This document shows, one piece after another, positions 29,419-39,097 of a DNA stretch of 64,000 bases. The stretch's first letter is position 1. Each line of letters begins with the position of its first letter. The notes below the pieces were generated by a model. It searched no databases. It worked only from the letters and a program-made list of their open reading frames with translations, and was not told the origin of the DNA. This DNA comes from Candidatus Multivoradales bacterium. GTDB lineage: Bacteria > Acidobacteriota > Thermoanaerobaculia > Multivoradales > Multivoraceae. The position numbers and the translations under genes are program-made. The DNA is taken from positions 1,888,001 through 1,952,000 of the forward strand of contig CBDCWI010000001.1 of NCBI GenBank assembly GCA_965223325.1, given 5' to 3'.

Positions 29419-30378
29419 ATGGGAGCAAAACCGAGATACGTACCAACGACCGACAGCGGGCCGGAACCAGTCATGCTGACCGCCCGCATTACCAACGGAA
29501 CCTTCCTGCTCAAGCCCGACTCTGAGCAGCGATCACACATGAACGGCATCATCGGCCGCGCACAGCGCAAGACCGAGATCCCCATCTACGCCGTCGACTA
29601 TCAGGTCAACCACCACCATTTCCTGGTCGGTGCACGAGACGCCCAGCAGCTGGCGGACTTCATGTACCGCGTCCAGCAGCAGACGAGCGTCGAGATCCGC
29701 ATTCGCCATGGCTGGAAGGGCCCGAAATGGGAAACGCCCTACAAACCGTCCTTTATCGGGCGCGACCCTGCCGATACGTCGAAGCGTTTCCGCTACGTCC
29801 TGGCGCAGGGCTGTGCGGCGGGCCTGGTGTCTTCACCTCTCAAGTGGCCTGGGGTGACCGTCGCGCGGGCCTTGTGGGAAGGGAAGTTCGAGCTCGAGGG
29901 CGAGTGGGTCGACCACACGGCCTACAGCCGGGCCAAGCGTACGAAGGCTGGGCGTCACTTGACGAAGAAGGACTTCACGAAGAAGGAAACGGTGGTGATT
30001 TCGAAGCTCCCGGGCCTTGACCACCTGAGTGACGAGGACTACTGCGAGTGGGTGCGCGAGATGATTCGCGGGATCGAACGCGAGACGCGAGCGCGTCATA
30101 AACGGGAAGGCACGAAGCCTGCCGGCCAGTGGAAGCTCTTTCGGTTGAGCCCTTTCGGGACTCCCAGGAAAATGGCTCTGGGCCCTTGTCCGCTGGTGAT
30201 TGCCAGCAATGAGGACGAGCAGCAGCGGTTGCTGGCTGCTTTTGACTGGGTGTGGCGGGCGCACCGGCTGGCGCGGGACCGTCAGCGTGAGGGAGAACTC
30301 GACGTGAAGTTCCCAGAGGGGACGTTTCCGAGCCCGCGACCCTTCGAGACGGTCCAGGCACTGAGGGCCGGCCCTTGA
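29419..30378 (+). mobile_element. REP-associated tyrosine transposase (RAYT, Y1 HUH superfamily)
   Basis: T.R...G.FLL.P N-terminus, IYAVDYQVNHHHFLV (HUH), W..PY, candidate catalytic Tyr in RYVLAQG..AGLV..P..WPG, C-terminal FPEGTF. Confidence 0.85.
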
Positions 30379-30573
30379 TTCAGCGCGCTAGCTGAGCCGG
30401 CGACAGGGCGCCCAGTCGGCCCGCGGTGGCGCGGGCCTGGCGGAGCTGCGTTTGCGGCTGGCGGAAAGGGGGTAACGGGTGGCTGGCGGGGCGTTCTGAA
30501 GGGCGAAACGGGCCTGCGATGGGCTCAGGAGGTGCCGAGGAAGCGAGGTGGCGGCGCCGCCGCCGCCACGGCT

Positions 30574-30593
30574 TGGGAAAGTCCCCCCGACTG
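30574..30593. repeat. Inverted copy of the REP-like motif right of the RAYT gene
   Basis: tgggaaagtccccccgactg is the exact reverse complement of 29236-29255. Confidence 0.85.
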
Positions 30594-30651
30594 TTTGGGG
30601 GGTGGGGTGGGGCGGCGCCGCTGGCCGGGCCGCGGTTATGCGGGGCGGGGT

Positions 30652-31233
30652 TCAGCCTTCCTCGATCGATTCGTGCAGGCGATCGCGAAGGGCCTTGATC
30701 TGGGCGATTGCTTTGCCGTCGAGGACTGCGCGGAAGTCGTCGTCCCAACCCTTGACCACGACCTCGATGGTCAGGGCGTTGGCCAGTTCGCCGAGCGCAT
30801 CTGCTGACAGTACGCCGACGACCGCCTCGCCTCGCCGTTTGTTGGGCTCGGTGTCGTGGCGCACAATGCGCAGCTCGCGTTTTGGGTGATTGTCGGCCTG
30901 GACCCAGAAAGTGTGCGGCACGATCGCCTCGCCGCGCATCGAGATCCAGAGCACTGCGACCAGACCGGCGCCGCGCTCTTCGACAATGCGCAGCTCGCCT
31001 CGACGTGCTTTACCACGCGGGGCGTCTTCGCTGAGTTTGAGACCACCAGTGGCGGTTGCCGTGGCCCTGGGCCGACGGTTGCGCAGCAGGGAGCGAACGA
31101 GGTCGTAGAGATCAACGCCGAGAACCTGCGCTTCTGCAGGACCTGGGAGCGCCAGTTGCGGCGGAACTCCGAAGAGTAGGGCCACAGTAACCGCCATGGC
31201 CGGCCGAAGACGGGACCGAGCGTCGGGGCTCAC
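30652..31233 (-). CDS. Secreted hypothetical protein
   Basis: Signal-like N-terminus (...PAEA-QV); 4-bp overlap with the ankyrin gene stop. Confidence 0.6.
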   Translation of the reverse strand: MSPDARSRLRPAMAVTVALLFGVPPQLALPGPAEAQVLGVDLYDLVRSLLRNRRPRATATATGGLKLSEDAPRGKARRGELRIVEERGAGLVAVLWISMRGEAIVPHTFWVQADNHPKRELRIVRHDTEPNKRRGEAVVGVLSADALGELANALTIEVVVKGWDDDFRAVLDGKAIAQIKALRDRLHESIEEG

Positions 31234-31961
31234 AGCGGTTCCCCCAGCAGGTAGCTCTCGAGACCCAAGGCGCGGGCTTCACTGTCACCGCTCTCGGTAT
31301 CTCGACTGGCGGCTACAGCATCAGCGTGGATCATATGTTCGCCGAAGCAGAGCGCATCGAGCACCGCCGCAGATCGCAGGTGCCAGCTCGCCCAGGTCAG
31401 AGGTGAGTCTCCGTTCGCGTCGCGGGCATCGACCTTCGCACCCGCCGCGATCAGTTTCCGAATCGAGCGCAAACTACCGAAGGCGGCTGCCCGGTGAAGT
31501 GGCATCTCACCACGGGTTCGCACATCACGCATGAACGACCCTGTCTCTGCGCCGGCTCTAGTCCTCACGTTCACCTCGGCACCGTGCGACAGCAACACGT
31601 CGACGACTCGGTCGGAGCGCCCGTTCGCACGCTTGGTGAACGCAGCGTGCAGCGGCCGCTCGAGGGTCTCTGGCTGTGAATGATTGACATCGGCACCTGC
31701 CTCGACCAGAAACTGCACCAGGCGCCAATGCCCATGGAAGACAGCACCGTTGAGATCGAGGTTCTCTCCTAGCGACGCCAACGACTCTCCGCTGTCCACT
31801 AGAGCGCGCACCGCGCTCACGTCGCCGTAGTAGGCACACCAACGGATGACCGGAGTCCCGTTTCCATCGCGAACCGCGGAAGAACCACCATCGGCCAGCA
31901 ATGAGAAGACCAGATCGGTGCGGCCCGCGGCGATGCGTTCGATGTACTTGGGAACTTGCAT
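31230..31961 (-). CDS. Ankyrin repeat protein
   Basis: GTPVIRWCAYYG, GHWRLVQFLVEAGADVN, ERPLHAA, GEMPLHRAAAFG, GDSPLTWA. Confidence 0.9.
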   Translation of the reverse strand: MQVPKYIERIAAGRTDLVFSLLADGGSSAVRDGNGTPVIRWCAYYGDVSAVRALVDSGESLASLGENLDLNGAVFHGHWRLVQFLVEAGADVNHSQPETLERPLHAAFTKRANGRSDRVVDVLLSHGAEVNVRTRAGAETGSFMRDVRTRGEMPLHRAAAFGSLRSIRKLIAAGAKVDARDANGDSPLTWASWHLRSAAVLDALCFGEHMIHADAVAASRDTESGDSEARALGLESYLLGEPL

Positions 31962-32074
31962 GAGATGCTCCTGCCCTCGTGAACCGTCGGTTTTGACTAT
32001 TCTTCCATCTGTCGCATCCCTCAGCGGTCGCGCCGCCACCGTGCGCCCGCGCGAGAACTGACCCCAACACCCTC

Positions 32075-33649
32075 ATGGCCACATCACCCGACATCACCAC
32101 CGCGGCCCTCGAGTCGCGCGCCTGGCCCTTCGCCGAAGCCCAGAAAGTCGTTGAACGCCTGGCGGGCACGACGCCTGAATACGCACTCTTCGAGACCGGC
32201 TACGGGCCCTCCGGCTTGCCGCACCTGGGGACTTTCGGTGAGGTTGCCCGCACCACCATGGTGTTACGCGCCTTCGAACTGCTCAGCGACATCCCGGCGC
32301 GCATGATCTGTTTCTCGGATGACATGGACGGCCTGCGCAAAGTCCCCGACAACATCCCCAACGCATTGGAGATGGCGCCGCACCTGGGCAAGCCGTTGAC
32401 GGAGGTCCCCGACCCCTTTGGCACCCACGAGAGCTTCGGTGCGCACAACAACGCGCGCCTGCGTTCCTTCCTCGATCAGTTCGGTTTCGAGTACGAGTTC
32501 TACTCGTCGACGGAGTGCTACAAGAGTGGCCGTTTTGACGACGCACTGCGCACCGTGCTCAGAAACTACGACCGCATCCTGAAGGTCATCCTGCCGACAC
32601 TGGGTGAGGAGCGCCGCAAGACCTATTCGCCGTTTCTTCCTGTTTGCCCCAAGACGGGCATCGTGCTCCAGGTGCCGATGCTCGAGGTGGACGCTGATGC
32701 CGCAACAGTCACCTTCGAGGACTCCGAAGGCGAGCGCCAGACGGTCTCGGTCACCGGGGGCAACGTCAAGTGCCAGTGGAAGGTCGACTGGGGGATGCGC
32801 TGGCACGCCCTCGGTGTCGACTATGAAATGTCTGGCAAGGACCTGATGGAGTCGGTGAAGCTGTCGAGCACCATCTGTCGCATCCTCGGCAGCAAGCCGC
32901 CAGAAGGCTTTACCTACGAACTGTTCCTCGACGAGAACGGCGAGAAGATCTCAAAGTCGAAGGGCAACGGCCTGACGATCGAAGAGTGGCTGCGCTACGG
33001 CACTCCCGAGAGCCTGTCGCTCTACATGTTCCAGAGCCCGCGCAAGGCCAAGAAGCTCTCCTTCGACGTTATCCCTCGCACGATGGACGACTATCGCACC
33101 TGGGTGCGCAAGTACCACGAGCAGGAGCAGGTCGACCGGTTCAAGAACCCGGCGTTTCATATCCACGGCGGCGATCCGTCGGCCGAGGACATGCCGATCG
33201 AGTTCTCGATTCTTCTCAATCTGGTAGCCGGAGCCCATGTCGAAGAAAAGGACGCGCTGTGGGGGTTCGTCTCCCGCTACCTGCCCGACGCATCGCCGGA
33301 AACGCACCCGACACTCGACCGAATGCTCGATCACGCGCTGCACTACTACCGCGACTTCATCCTGCCCAACCAACAGTTCCGCCCCGCCACCGACACCGAA
33401 GCCGAAGCGATGCGTGAGCTGGCAGTTGAGCTCGCGAAGATCCCGGAGGGTGTCGAGCCCGAGCAGTACCAGACCGTCGTCTATGAGGTCGGCAAGCGCT
33501 ATCCCTTCGATTCGCTGCGCGACTGGTTCTCCGCCCTCTACCAGGTGCTCCTCGGTCAGAAACAAGGTCCACGCATGGGCAGCTTCATCGCGGTTTATGG
33601 GCGCGACGAGACGATCGCGCTGATTGCAGAGAAGGTCGGCGAGGCCTAG
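32075..33649 (+). CDS. lysK: Lysine--tRNA ligase, class I (LysRS1)
   Basis: AWPFAEA, ETGYGPSGLPHLGTF (HIGH-like), SDDMDGLRKVP, KISKSKGN (KMSKS-like), GPRMGSF. Confidence 0.96.
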   Translation: MATSPDITTAALESRAWPFAEAQKVVERLAGTTPEYALFETGYGPSGLPHLGTFGEVARTTMVLRAFELLSDIPARMICFSDDMDGLRKVPDNIPNALEMAPHLGKPLTEVPDPFGTHESFGAHNNARLRSFLDQFGFEYEFYSSTECYKSGRFDDALRTVLRNYDRILKVILPTLGEERRKTYSPFLPVCPKTGIVLQVPMLEVDADAATVTFEDSEGERQTVSVTGGNVKCQWKVDWGMRWHALGVDYEMSGKDLMESVKLSSTICRILGSKPPEGFTYELFLDENGEKISKSKGNGLTIEEWLRYGTPESLSLYMFQSPRKAKKLSFDVIPRTMDDYRTWVRKYHEQEQVDRFKNPAFHIHGGDPSAEDMPIEFSILLNLVAGAHVEEKDALWGFVSRYLPDASPETHPTLDRMLDHALHYYRDFILPNQQFRPATDTEAEAMRELAVELAKIPEGVEPEQYQTVVYEVGKRYPFDSLRDWFSALYQVLLGQKQGPRMGSFIAVYGRDETIALIAEKVGEA

Positions 33650-33748
33650 CGACCCGGGCATCCGACGCACCTTCGGCTCGCTCCGAGAAGGGCCACAGCC
33701 ACCCAACGCCCAACACCGTCGACCGAAGAGGCGCGGTATCGTCGGCGA

Positions 33749-34252
33749 ATGAGCGACTCAGCCGCCACACTCTGCCTCCGCCCCGCCGAAGCGTCTGACA
33801 CGGCCCTCGTCCTCCGGTTCATTCGCGAACTGGCGGAGTACGAAAAGCTGCTCGACGAGGTGGTGGCAACCGAGGAGATGATCCGTGAGGCGCTCTTCGG
33901 CGACCACCCGACCATTGAGGTGACGATCGCTCTATGGCAAGGCGAACCGGCGGGCTTCGCGCTCTACTTCCACAACTTCTCGACTGTCCTGGGCAGGCAC
34001 GGCATCTACCTGGAAGACCTCTTCGTTCGGCCAGCGTTTCGGGGCCGGGGAATCGGCAAGGCGCTACTGGCGCATCTGGCACGCCTGGCGGTCGAACGCG
34101 GCTGCGGACGCCTGGAATGGGCGGTGCTCGACTGGAACGAACCGGCGATTGGTTTCTATCAGTCGATTGGCGCCCGCACGGTCGACGAATGGACGGCCTT
34201 CCGCCTGAGCGGCAAGGCACTCTCCGAACTCGCCGCAGAGCACCTCGCATGA
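33749..34252 (+). CDS. GNAT N-acetyltransferase (SSAT/diamine acetyltransferase-like)
   Basis: IRELAEYEK, IYLEDLFVRPAFRGRGIGKALL, RLEWAVLDWNEPAIGFY. Confidence 0.93.
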   Translation: MSDSAATLCLRPAEASDTALVLRFIRELAEYEKLLDEVVATEEMIREALFGDHPTIEVTIALWQGEPAGFALYFHNFSTVLGRHGIYLEDLFVRPAFRGRGIGKALLAHLARLAVERGCGRLEWAVLDWNEPAIGFYQSIGARTVDEWTAFRLSGKALSELAAEHLA

Positions 34253-35124
34253 GCGAAGCGCCCTACGTCCGCTACATGGAACGAACCCGCGATTGGTATC
34301 GCGCCCTCGGCTACCAGGTGGACTACCGCTGGGCCGAGCGGCACGCACCGGAACTCACACGGCTTGCCCAGCCGCTCGCCGACACCGTCGTCGCCCTCGT
34401 CACCACGGCCAGCCTCGCAGCGCCCGAAGGCTGGAGTGAGGGGCGCCCGAGCCTCGGGAAGCGGGTATGGTCGATTCCCCTCGACCGACTCCCCGAGAAC
34501 CTCTTTACCGACGACACCAGCTGGGCGAAAGAATCGACCCACACGGACGATCGCGAGTCGTACCTGCCGCTCGCCCACCTGGAGCGCGCCGCCCTCGAGA
34601 ACCGCATCGGTTCGCTCGCCCCGCGGGTCCATGGCCTCCCCACCGAATACTCACATCGCGCAACCGAAGAACGCGACGCCCCCGAACTCCTCCTTCGCCT
34701 GCGAAGAGACGGAGCACAAGCCGCCCTCTTCGTGCCACTGTGACCGGTTTGCCACCAGACCGTGAGTCTGGCCGCCAGGTACCTGGAAGAACGGGGCATC
34801 GCAACGGTAGTAGCGAGCTCTGCTCGAGACATCACGGAGCACTGTGGAGCGCCGCGGGTCCTGTTCACCAATCACCCGTTGGGTAACCCCATCGGCAGTC
34901 CCTGGGATCGGGCCACGCAGAGGGAAAACACCCAGCGTGCGCTCTCGCTGCTCGAGTCTGCGGTCTCCCCCGGGGAGACTGTGCTCTCGCCGACTGAATG
35001 GCAGGGGAAAGCCAGCTGGCAGCAGGCGTACATGAGCCTCGACGGCGAGGACCCAGAAGAACTGCTCGAGCGCGGACGAGCCCGGCGGCGTTTGCGAGAC
35101 GAGGCCAACGGCCGCACGCGATGA
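34249..35124 (+). CDS. PrdB/GrdB-like selenoprotein (UGA 34741-34743 read as Sec; U-x-x-C)
   Basis: ATG 34249 overlaps the GNAT stop. The frame continues across TGA as ...[29 protein letters not shown]..., ending at a TGA that overlaps the smoC ATG. 291 aa. Family motifs VALVTTA and D.ESYLPL..L......RIGSLA. Confidence 0.85.
34755..34771 (+). promoter_or_regulatory. Candidate bacterial SECIS hairpin
   Basis: ccagac-CGTGA-gtctgg, stem starting 12 nt after the UGA, with G in the apical loop. Confidence 0.6.
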
Positions 35125-36284
35125 TCCCCGAGAGCCCAGCGATCCCCGTCAGAACGAAGCTGTCCGCTGCCGAAGTGGCCTGGTTCAGCGCCCTGTGCTC
35201 AGACGACTACGAGTTCCTCGGGGTCCCTGATGGCAGACTGCGTAGCTCCTTCGCGCATTGCGCAGCGATCGTGCGTTCCGCCGACCGGCTTGGTTACGAC
35301 AACATCCTCCTGCCGAGCAGCTATCAGGTCGGCCAGGACCCACTCGTTTTTGCAGGCGCAGTCGCTCCGATGACCGAGCAGCTCTCCCTTCTGGCGGCAG
35401 TTCGTTGTGGTGAGGTGCACCCGCCCATGCTGGCGCGCGCGATTTCCACGCTCGACCATCTCCTCGAGGGTCGGCTGACGCTCAACATCATCTCTTCCGA
35501 CCTTCCGGGGGAAACGCTCGCGTCCGAAGCACGCTATCGCCGCTCGGCCGAAGTGATCGAGATTCTCCACCAGGCCTGGACCGCCGGGGCGATCGAGTTC
35601 CACGGTGAGTTCTACGACCTCGAGTTACCGACGACTGCACCGGTCGCGCCCTTCCAGCAGAACGGCGGTCCGCTCCTCTACTTCGGTGGCTACTCTGAAG
35701 CGGCGCGGGCCCTCTGTGCAAAACACTGCGACGTCTACCTCATGTGGCCCGATACCGAAGGCGGACTGGGCGCAACCATGCAGGACCTGGCCGAGCGCGC
35801 AGCAAAGTACGATCGCCAGCTCGACTTCGGACTGCGAATTCACGTCATTGTGCGCGAGACCGACGAAGCAGCGCGCCGGGCGGCAGATCGGCTGGTGTCG
35901 CGACTGGACGCCGAAGAAGGGTTGGCGATCAAGCAGCGCGCGCAAGACGGTGCTTCTGCCGGGGTGCTCCGCCAAGACGAACTGCGCAAGAAGAGCGACG
36001 ACGATTGGATCGAGCCCGAAGTGTGGAGCGGCATCGGTCGTGCGCGATCCGGCTGTGCAAGTGCCATTGTCGGTGACCCCGACACCGTGGCGCGCAAGCT
36101 CGAGCGCTACCTCGACCTGGGCATCCGCGCCTTCATCTTCTCCGGCTACCCCCACCTCGAAGAGTGCGAACTGTTCGCGCGCTATGTCCTCCCGAGGATT
36201 CCGCGCCTACGCCTCTCTGAGGTTCAGGGAAGGCGGCCCTCGAGCCCTCCTGAGACGCCCCTTACAACCGCCACGAGGCGCTAG
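35121..36284 (+). CDS. smoC: Sulfoquinovose monooxygenase (LLM flavin-dependent, SmoC/SquD-like)
   Basis: [76 protein letters not shown]. Matches my recollection of Agrobacterium SmoC rather than SsuD; adjacent to an smoB-like gene. Confidence 0.85.
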   Translation: MIPESPAIPVRTKLSAAEVAWFSALCSDDYEFLGVPDGRLRSSFAHCAAIVRSADRLGYDNILLPSSYQVGQDPLVFAGAVAPMTEQLSLLAAVRCGEVHPPMLARAISTLDHLLEGRLTLNIISSDLPGETLASEARYRRSAEVIEILHQAWTAGAIEFHGEFYDLELPTTAPVAPFQQNGGPLLYFGGYSEAARALCAKHCDVYLMWPDTEGGLGATMQDLAERAAKYDRQLDFGLRIHVIVRETDEAARRAADRLVSRLDAEEGLAIKQRAQDGASAGVLRQDELRKKSDDDWIEPEVWSGIGRARSGCASAIVGDPDTVARKLERYLDLGIRAFIFSGYPHLEECELFARYVLPRIPRLRLSEVQGRRPSSPPETPLTTATRR

Positions 36285-36300
36285 CCTTCAGAAGGTACCA

Positions 36301-37242
36301 ATGAGAAGAATTGCTCTTCACCGTAGCCAGACCGACTCTGGCGCCGAGCTATCACTTCCCGCCGTGACCTACGGCTGCTGGCGCCTGGCCGACGACCCCG
36401 CCGGAACAGAACCGGCGATCGTGCAGAAGAAGGTCGAGACCTGCCTCGAGCACGGCATCAGCGCCTTCGACCACGCCGACATCTACGGCGACTACCGGTG
36501 CGAGGCACTCTTCGGAGACCTCCTCGCGCAGCAACCACAGCTCCGCGAACAGATCCAGTTGATCAGCAAGACCGACATCGCACTCGTCTCGGCGTCGCGC
36601 CCCGAACATCGGGTCAAGCACTACGACACCTCGGCGCGGCACATCGAAGAGTCGGTCGAGCGCTCGCTCAGAAACCTTCGAGCCGAAACCCTGGACCTCC
36701 TCCTGCTGCACCGGCCCGACCCCCTGATGGACGCCGACGAGACGGCCCATGCCCTGCAGGCACTCTTCGAGAGCGGCAAGGTCACCCACTTCGGGGTCTC
36801 CAACTTCCCCTCGTCACAGTTCGAGCTCCTTCAGGCCCGCCTGGACCTGCCGCTGGTCACGAACCAGATCGAGCTGTCACTCCTCGAACACGCAGCATGC
36901 ACGAACGGCACCCTCGACTTCCTGGCGCAACACCGCATTGCACCGATGGCCTGGTCCCCTCTTGGCGGTGGACGCTTGTTTACGGGCTCCAGCGACCGAA
37001 TACGCGGCGTACGTTCGGTGCTCGACGCCCTGGCAGTGGAACGCGAGCTCGAGGTCTCCGACCGCTCGCGCATGCAACTCGCCCTGGCGTGGATCCTGCG
37101 CCTTCCTTCGCAGCCGATCGTGGTCATTGGAACCAACAAATCGCAACGCATCGCCGCCTCGGCTGAGGCTTCCGAGATCGAACTCAGTCGCCAGGAGTGG
37201 TTCCGGCTCTACGAAGCTGCTCTAGGCCAGGAAGTTCCGTGA
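36301..37242 (+). CDS. smoB: Aldo/keto reductase, SmoB/SquF-like (6-oxo-glucose reductase)
   Basis: YGCWRLADD, DHADIYGDY, RVKHYDT, LLHRPDPL, GVSNF, TNQIELS, PMAWSPLGGG; directly after smoC. Confidence 0.8.
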   Translation: MRRIALHRSQTDSGAELSLPAVTYGCWRLADDPAGTEPAIVQKKVETCLEHGISAFDHADIYGDYRCEALFGDLLAQQPQLREQIQLISKTDIALVSASRPEHRVKHYDTSARHIEESVERSLRNLRAETLDLLLLHRPDPLMDADETAHALQALFESGKVTHFGVSNFPSSQFELLQARLDLPLVTNQIELSLLEHAACTNGTLDFLAQHRIAPMAWSPLGGGRLFTGSSDRIRGVRSVLDALAVERELEVSDRSRMQLALAWILRLPSQPIVVIGTNKSQRIAASAEASEIELSRQEWFRLYEAALGQEVP

Positions 37243-37294
37243 CTGGCAGATGACGGTTCCAGGCACTTCCTTCCAACAACCGGAAGTGGGCTAG

Positions 37295-39097
37295 ATGCTT
37301 CAAACCCTCGATCTGGTCGTCTTCTTCGCCGCTCTCGCTGCGGTGATGGGGATCGGCCTGTGGGCGGCCCGCAACGAAGACACGAGTGAGGATTTTTTCC
37401 TCGCCGGCCGCACCATTCGTTGGTGGGGTGTGGCCGGTTCGGTCTTTGGCTCGAACGTCAGCGCCAACCACCTTGTGGGAATGCTCGGCATTGGCTTCTC
37501 GATCGGTTTCGCCCAAAGCCATTTCGAACTCGGCGCCATTGCCGCCTTGATGCTCCTGGCCTACGGCTTCCTACCGGTCTACCGCAAACTCGGGGTCTAC
37601 ACCCTGTCGAGCTACCTCGGCCAGCGCTACGACGGTCGAAGTCAAACGCTCTATGCGCTCATTCTCCTGGTGGTTGCAGTCGTTCAGCTGACGGCCGGCT
37701 TCTACATCGGCTCGCGCTCACTCGGGCTCCTGCTCTCGGGCACCGTGCTCGAGCTGAGCTACGCCGTCGGAGTCGTCGCGCTGGTCATCGTGACCGCGAC
37801 CTACACGGTCGTCGGCGGGCTCAAAGCTGTCATCTACACCGATGTCATGCAGTCGATTCTGCTCTTGTTTGCCGGGGTCGGGATTGCGATCCTGACCTTC
37901 CAACAGCCGGAAGTGGGTGGCTGGCTGGGCATGATGGCGCACGACGGTGCCCGCCAGGTCGCTGAGCAGAAGATGCACCTCTACCTGCCGAGCTCGCACC
38001 CCGACTTGCCGTGGTCGGGAACGCTCTCGGGGCTTCTGCTCTTGCACTGCTTCTACTGGTCGACCAACCAGACCATCGTGCAGCGCACCCTCGCTGCACA
38101 CTCGGACCGCGACGCGCGCCTGGGCATTATCGTCGCCGGCTTTCTGAAGCTGCTCATTCCGTTCTTTGCGATCGCCGGCGGTGTGGCGGCGGCGCAGCTT
38201 TTCGAGATCCGCTTTCCCGATCGTCTGATCGACCCCGACGCGGCGACCCCAGAGCTCATTCGAACGGTCGTCCCGGCCGGTTACGGATTGGTAGGCATCG
38301 TGATGGCAGGGCTGTTGGGTGCCATTCTGTCGTCGATCGACTCGCTGGTGAACTCGGCCTCGACGCTTTTCACCTTCGACATCTACAAACGCTTTGTGAA
38401 ACCCGAGGCGGACGACAAGGAGTGTCTCCTGGTGGGCAAAGTGGTGCTCACCGTTCTTCTGCTCGTGTCGGCGACCCTCGCGCTCCTGACCTATGACCCC
38501 ACCGGTGGCGGCAACTTCTTCCTGCGGGTTTCGAGTCAGGCCGGCCATTTCACCCCCGGCCTGGTAACCGCCTTCGCGCTCGGCATGTTCTGGCGCGGCG
38601 CCAAGGCAAGGGGGGCCGCGGTTTCGATTGTGCTCGCACCCGTCTTTTCCTGGGGCATCGTTGCCGCCCACCATGCCTGGTTCGGCACCGTGCCCTGGAT
38701 CGCCTCGTTGCTCGGTAGTGACCTGAACTTCCTGCACCGCGTCCTGGCCACGGTGCTCTTTGCTGCCCTGGTTCACATCCTGGTGAGTCGCCTTTCTCCG
38801 AGCAGCAGCGATAGCGCGGTTGGCGAACGGTTCACCTTCTTCGCTCTCTCGGGTGCCGACCCTGTCCAGTTCAGCCGGCTCCTGGGAGTCCTCGTTGGGC
38901 TCGCGATCGCCTGGCTGGTACTCGGCATCACCGTCGATCGCGGCATGGTCTCGAACAGTTTCGCTGCTCTGGTCGCTGCCGCCACCGCCTGGATACCTTT
39001 CGCGCCCTATCTCGTTGGCCGGTCCCTTCGCGACGACCGTTGGTGGGCGGCCACCCTCTGTAGCGCCACCATGGCCATCATGTTCTTCTTTTTCTAG
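37295..39097 (+). CDS. Sodium:solute symporter (SSS), candidate sulfoquinovose(-glycoside) importer
   Basis: DFFLAGR, SNVSANHLVG, GGLKAVIYTD..Q, YWSTNQTIVQR, SSIDSLVNSASTLFT.D. Confidence 0.9.
   Translation: MLQTLDLVVFFAALAAVMGIGLWAARNEDTSEDFFLAGRTIRWWGVAGSVFGSNVSANHLVGMLGIGFSIGFAQSHFELGAIAALMLLAYGFLPVYRKLGVYTLSSYLGQRYDGRSQTLYALILLVVAVVQLTAGFYIGSRSLGLLLSGTVLELSYAVGVVALVIVTATYTVVGGLKAVIYTDVMQSILLLFAGVGIAILTFQQPEVGGWLGMMAHDGARQVAEQKMHLYLPSSHPDLPWSGTLSGLLLLHCFYWSTNQTIVQRTLAAHSDRDARLGIIVAGFLKLLIPFFAIAGGVAAAQLFEIRFPDRLIDPDAATPELIRTVVPAGYGLVGIVMAGLLGAILSSIDSLVNSASTLFTFDIYKRFVKPEADDKECLLVGKVVLTVLLLVSATLALLTYDPTGGGNFFLRVSSQAGHFTPGLVTAFALGMFWRGAKARGAAVSIVLAPVFSWGIVAAHHAWFGTVPWIASLLGSDLNFLHRVLATVLFAALVHILVSRLSPSSSDSAVGERFTFFALSGADPVQFSRLLGVLVGLAIAWLVLGITVDRGMVSNSFAALVAAATAWIPFAPYLVGRSLRDDRWWAATLCSATMAIMFFFF

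Noticed and set aside
34741-34743. Nonsense mutation / pseudogene reading of the in-frame TGA
   Set aside because: The TGA lies at the catalytic U of a U-x-x-C motif, is followed by a SECIS-like hairpin, and both gene ends are coupled to neighbours. Sec recoding fits better.
35121-36284. Alkanesulfonate monooxygenase ssuD
   Set aside because: The [10 protein letters not shown] and GRARSGC motifs and the smoB/GH188-like neighbours point to SmoC; no ssuABCE genes are present.
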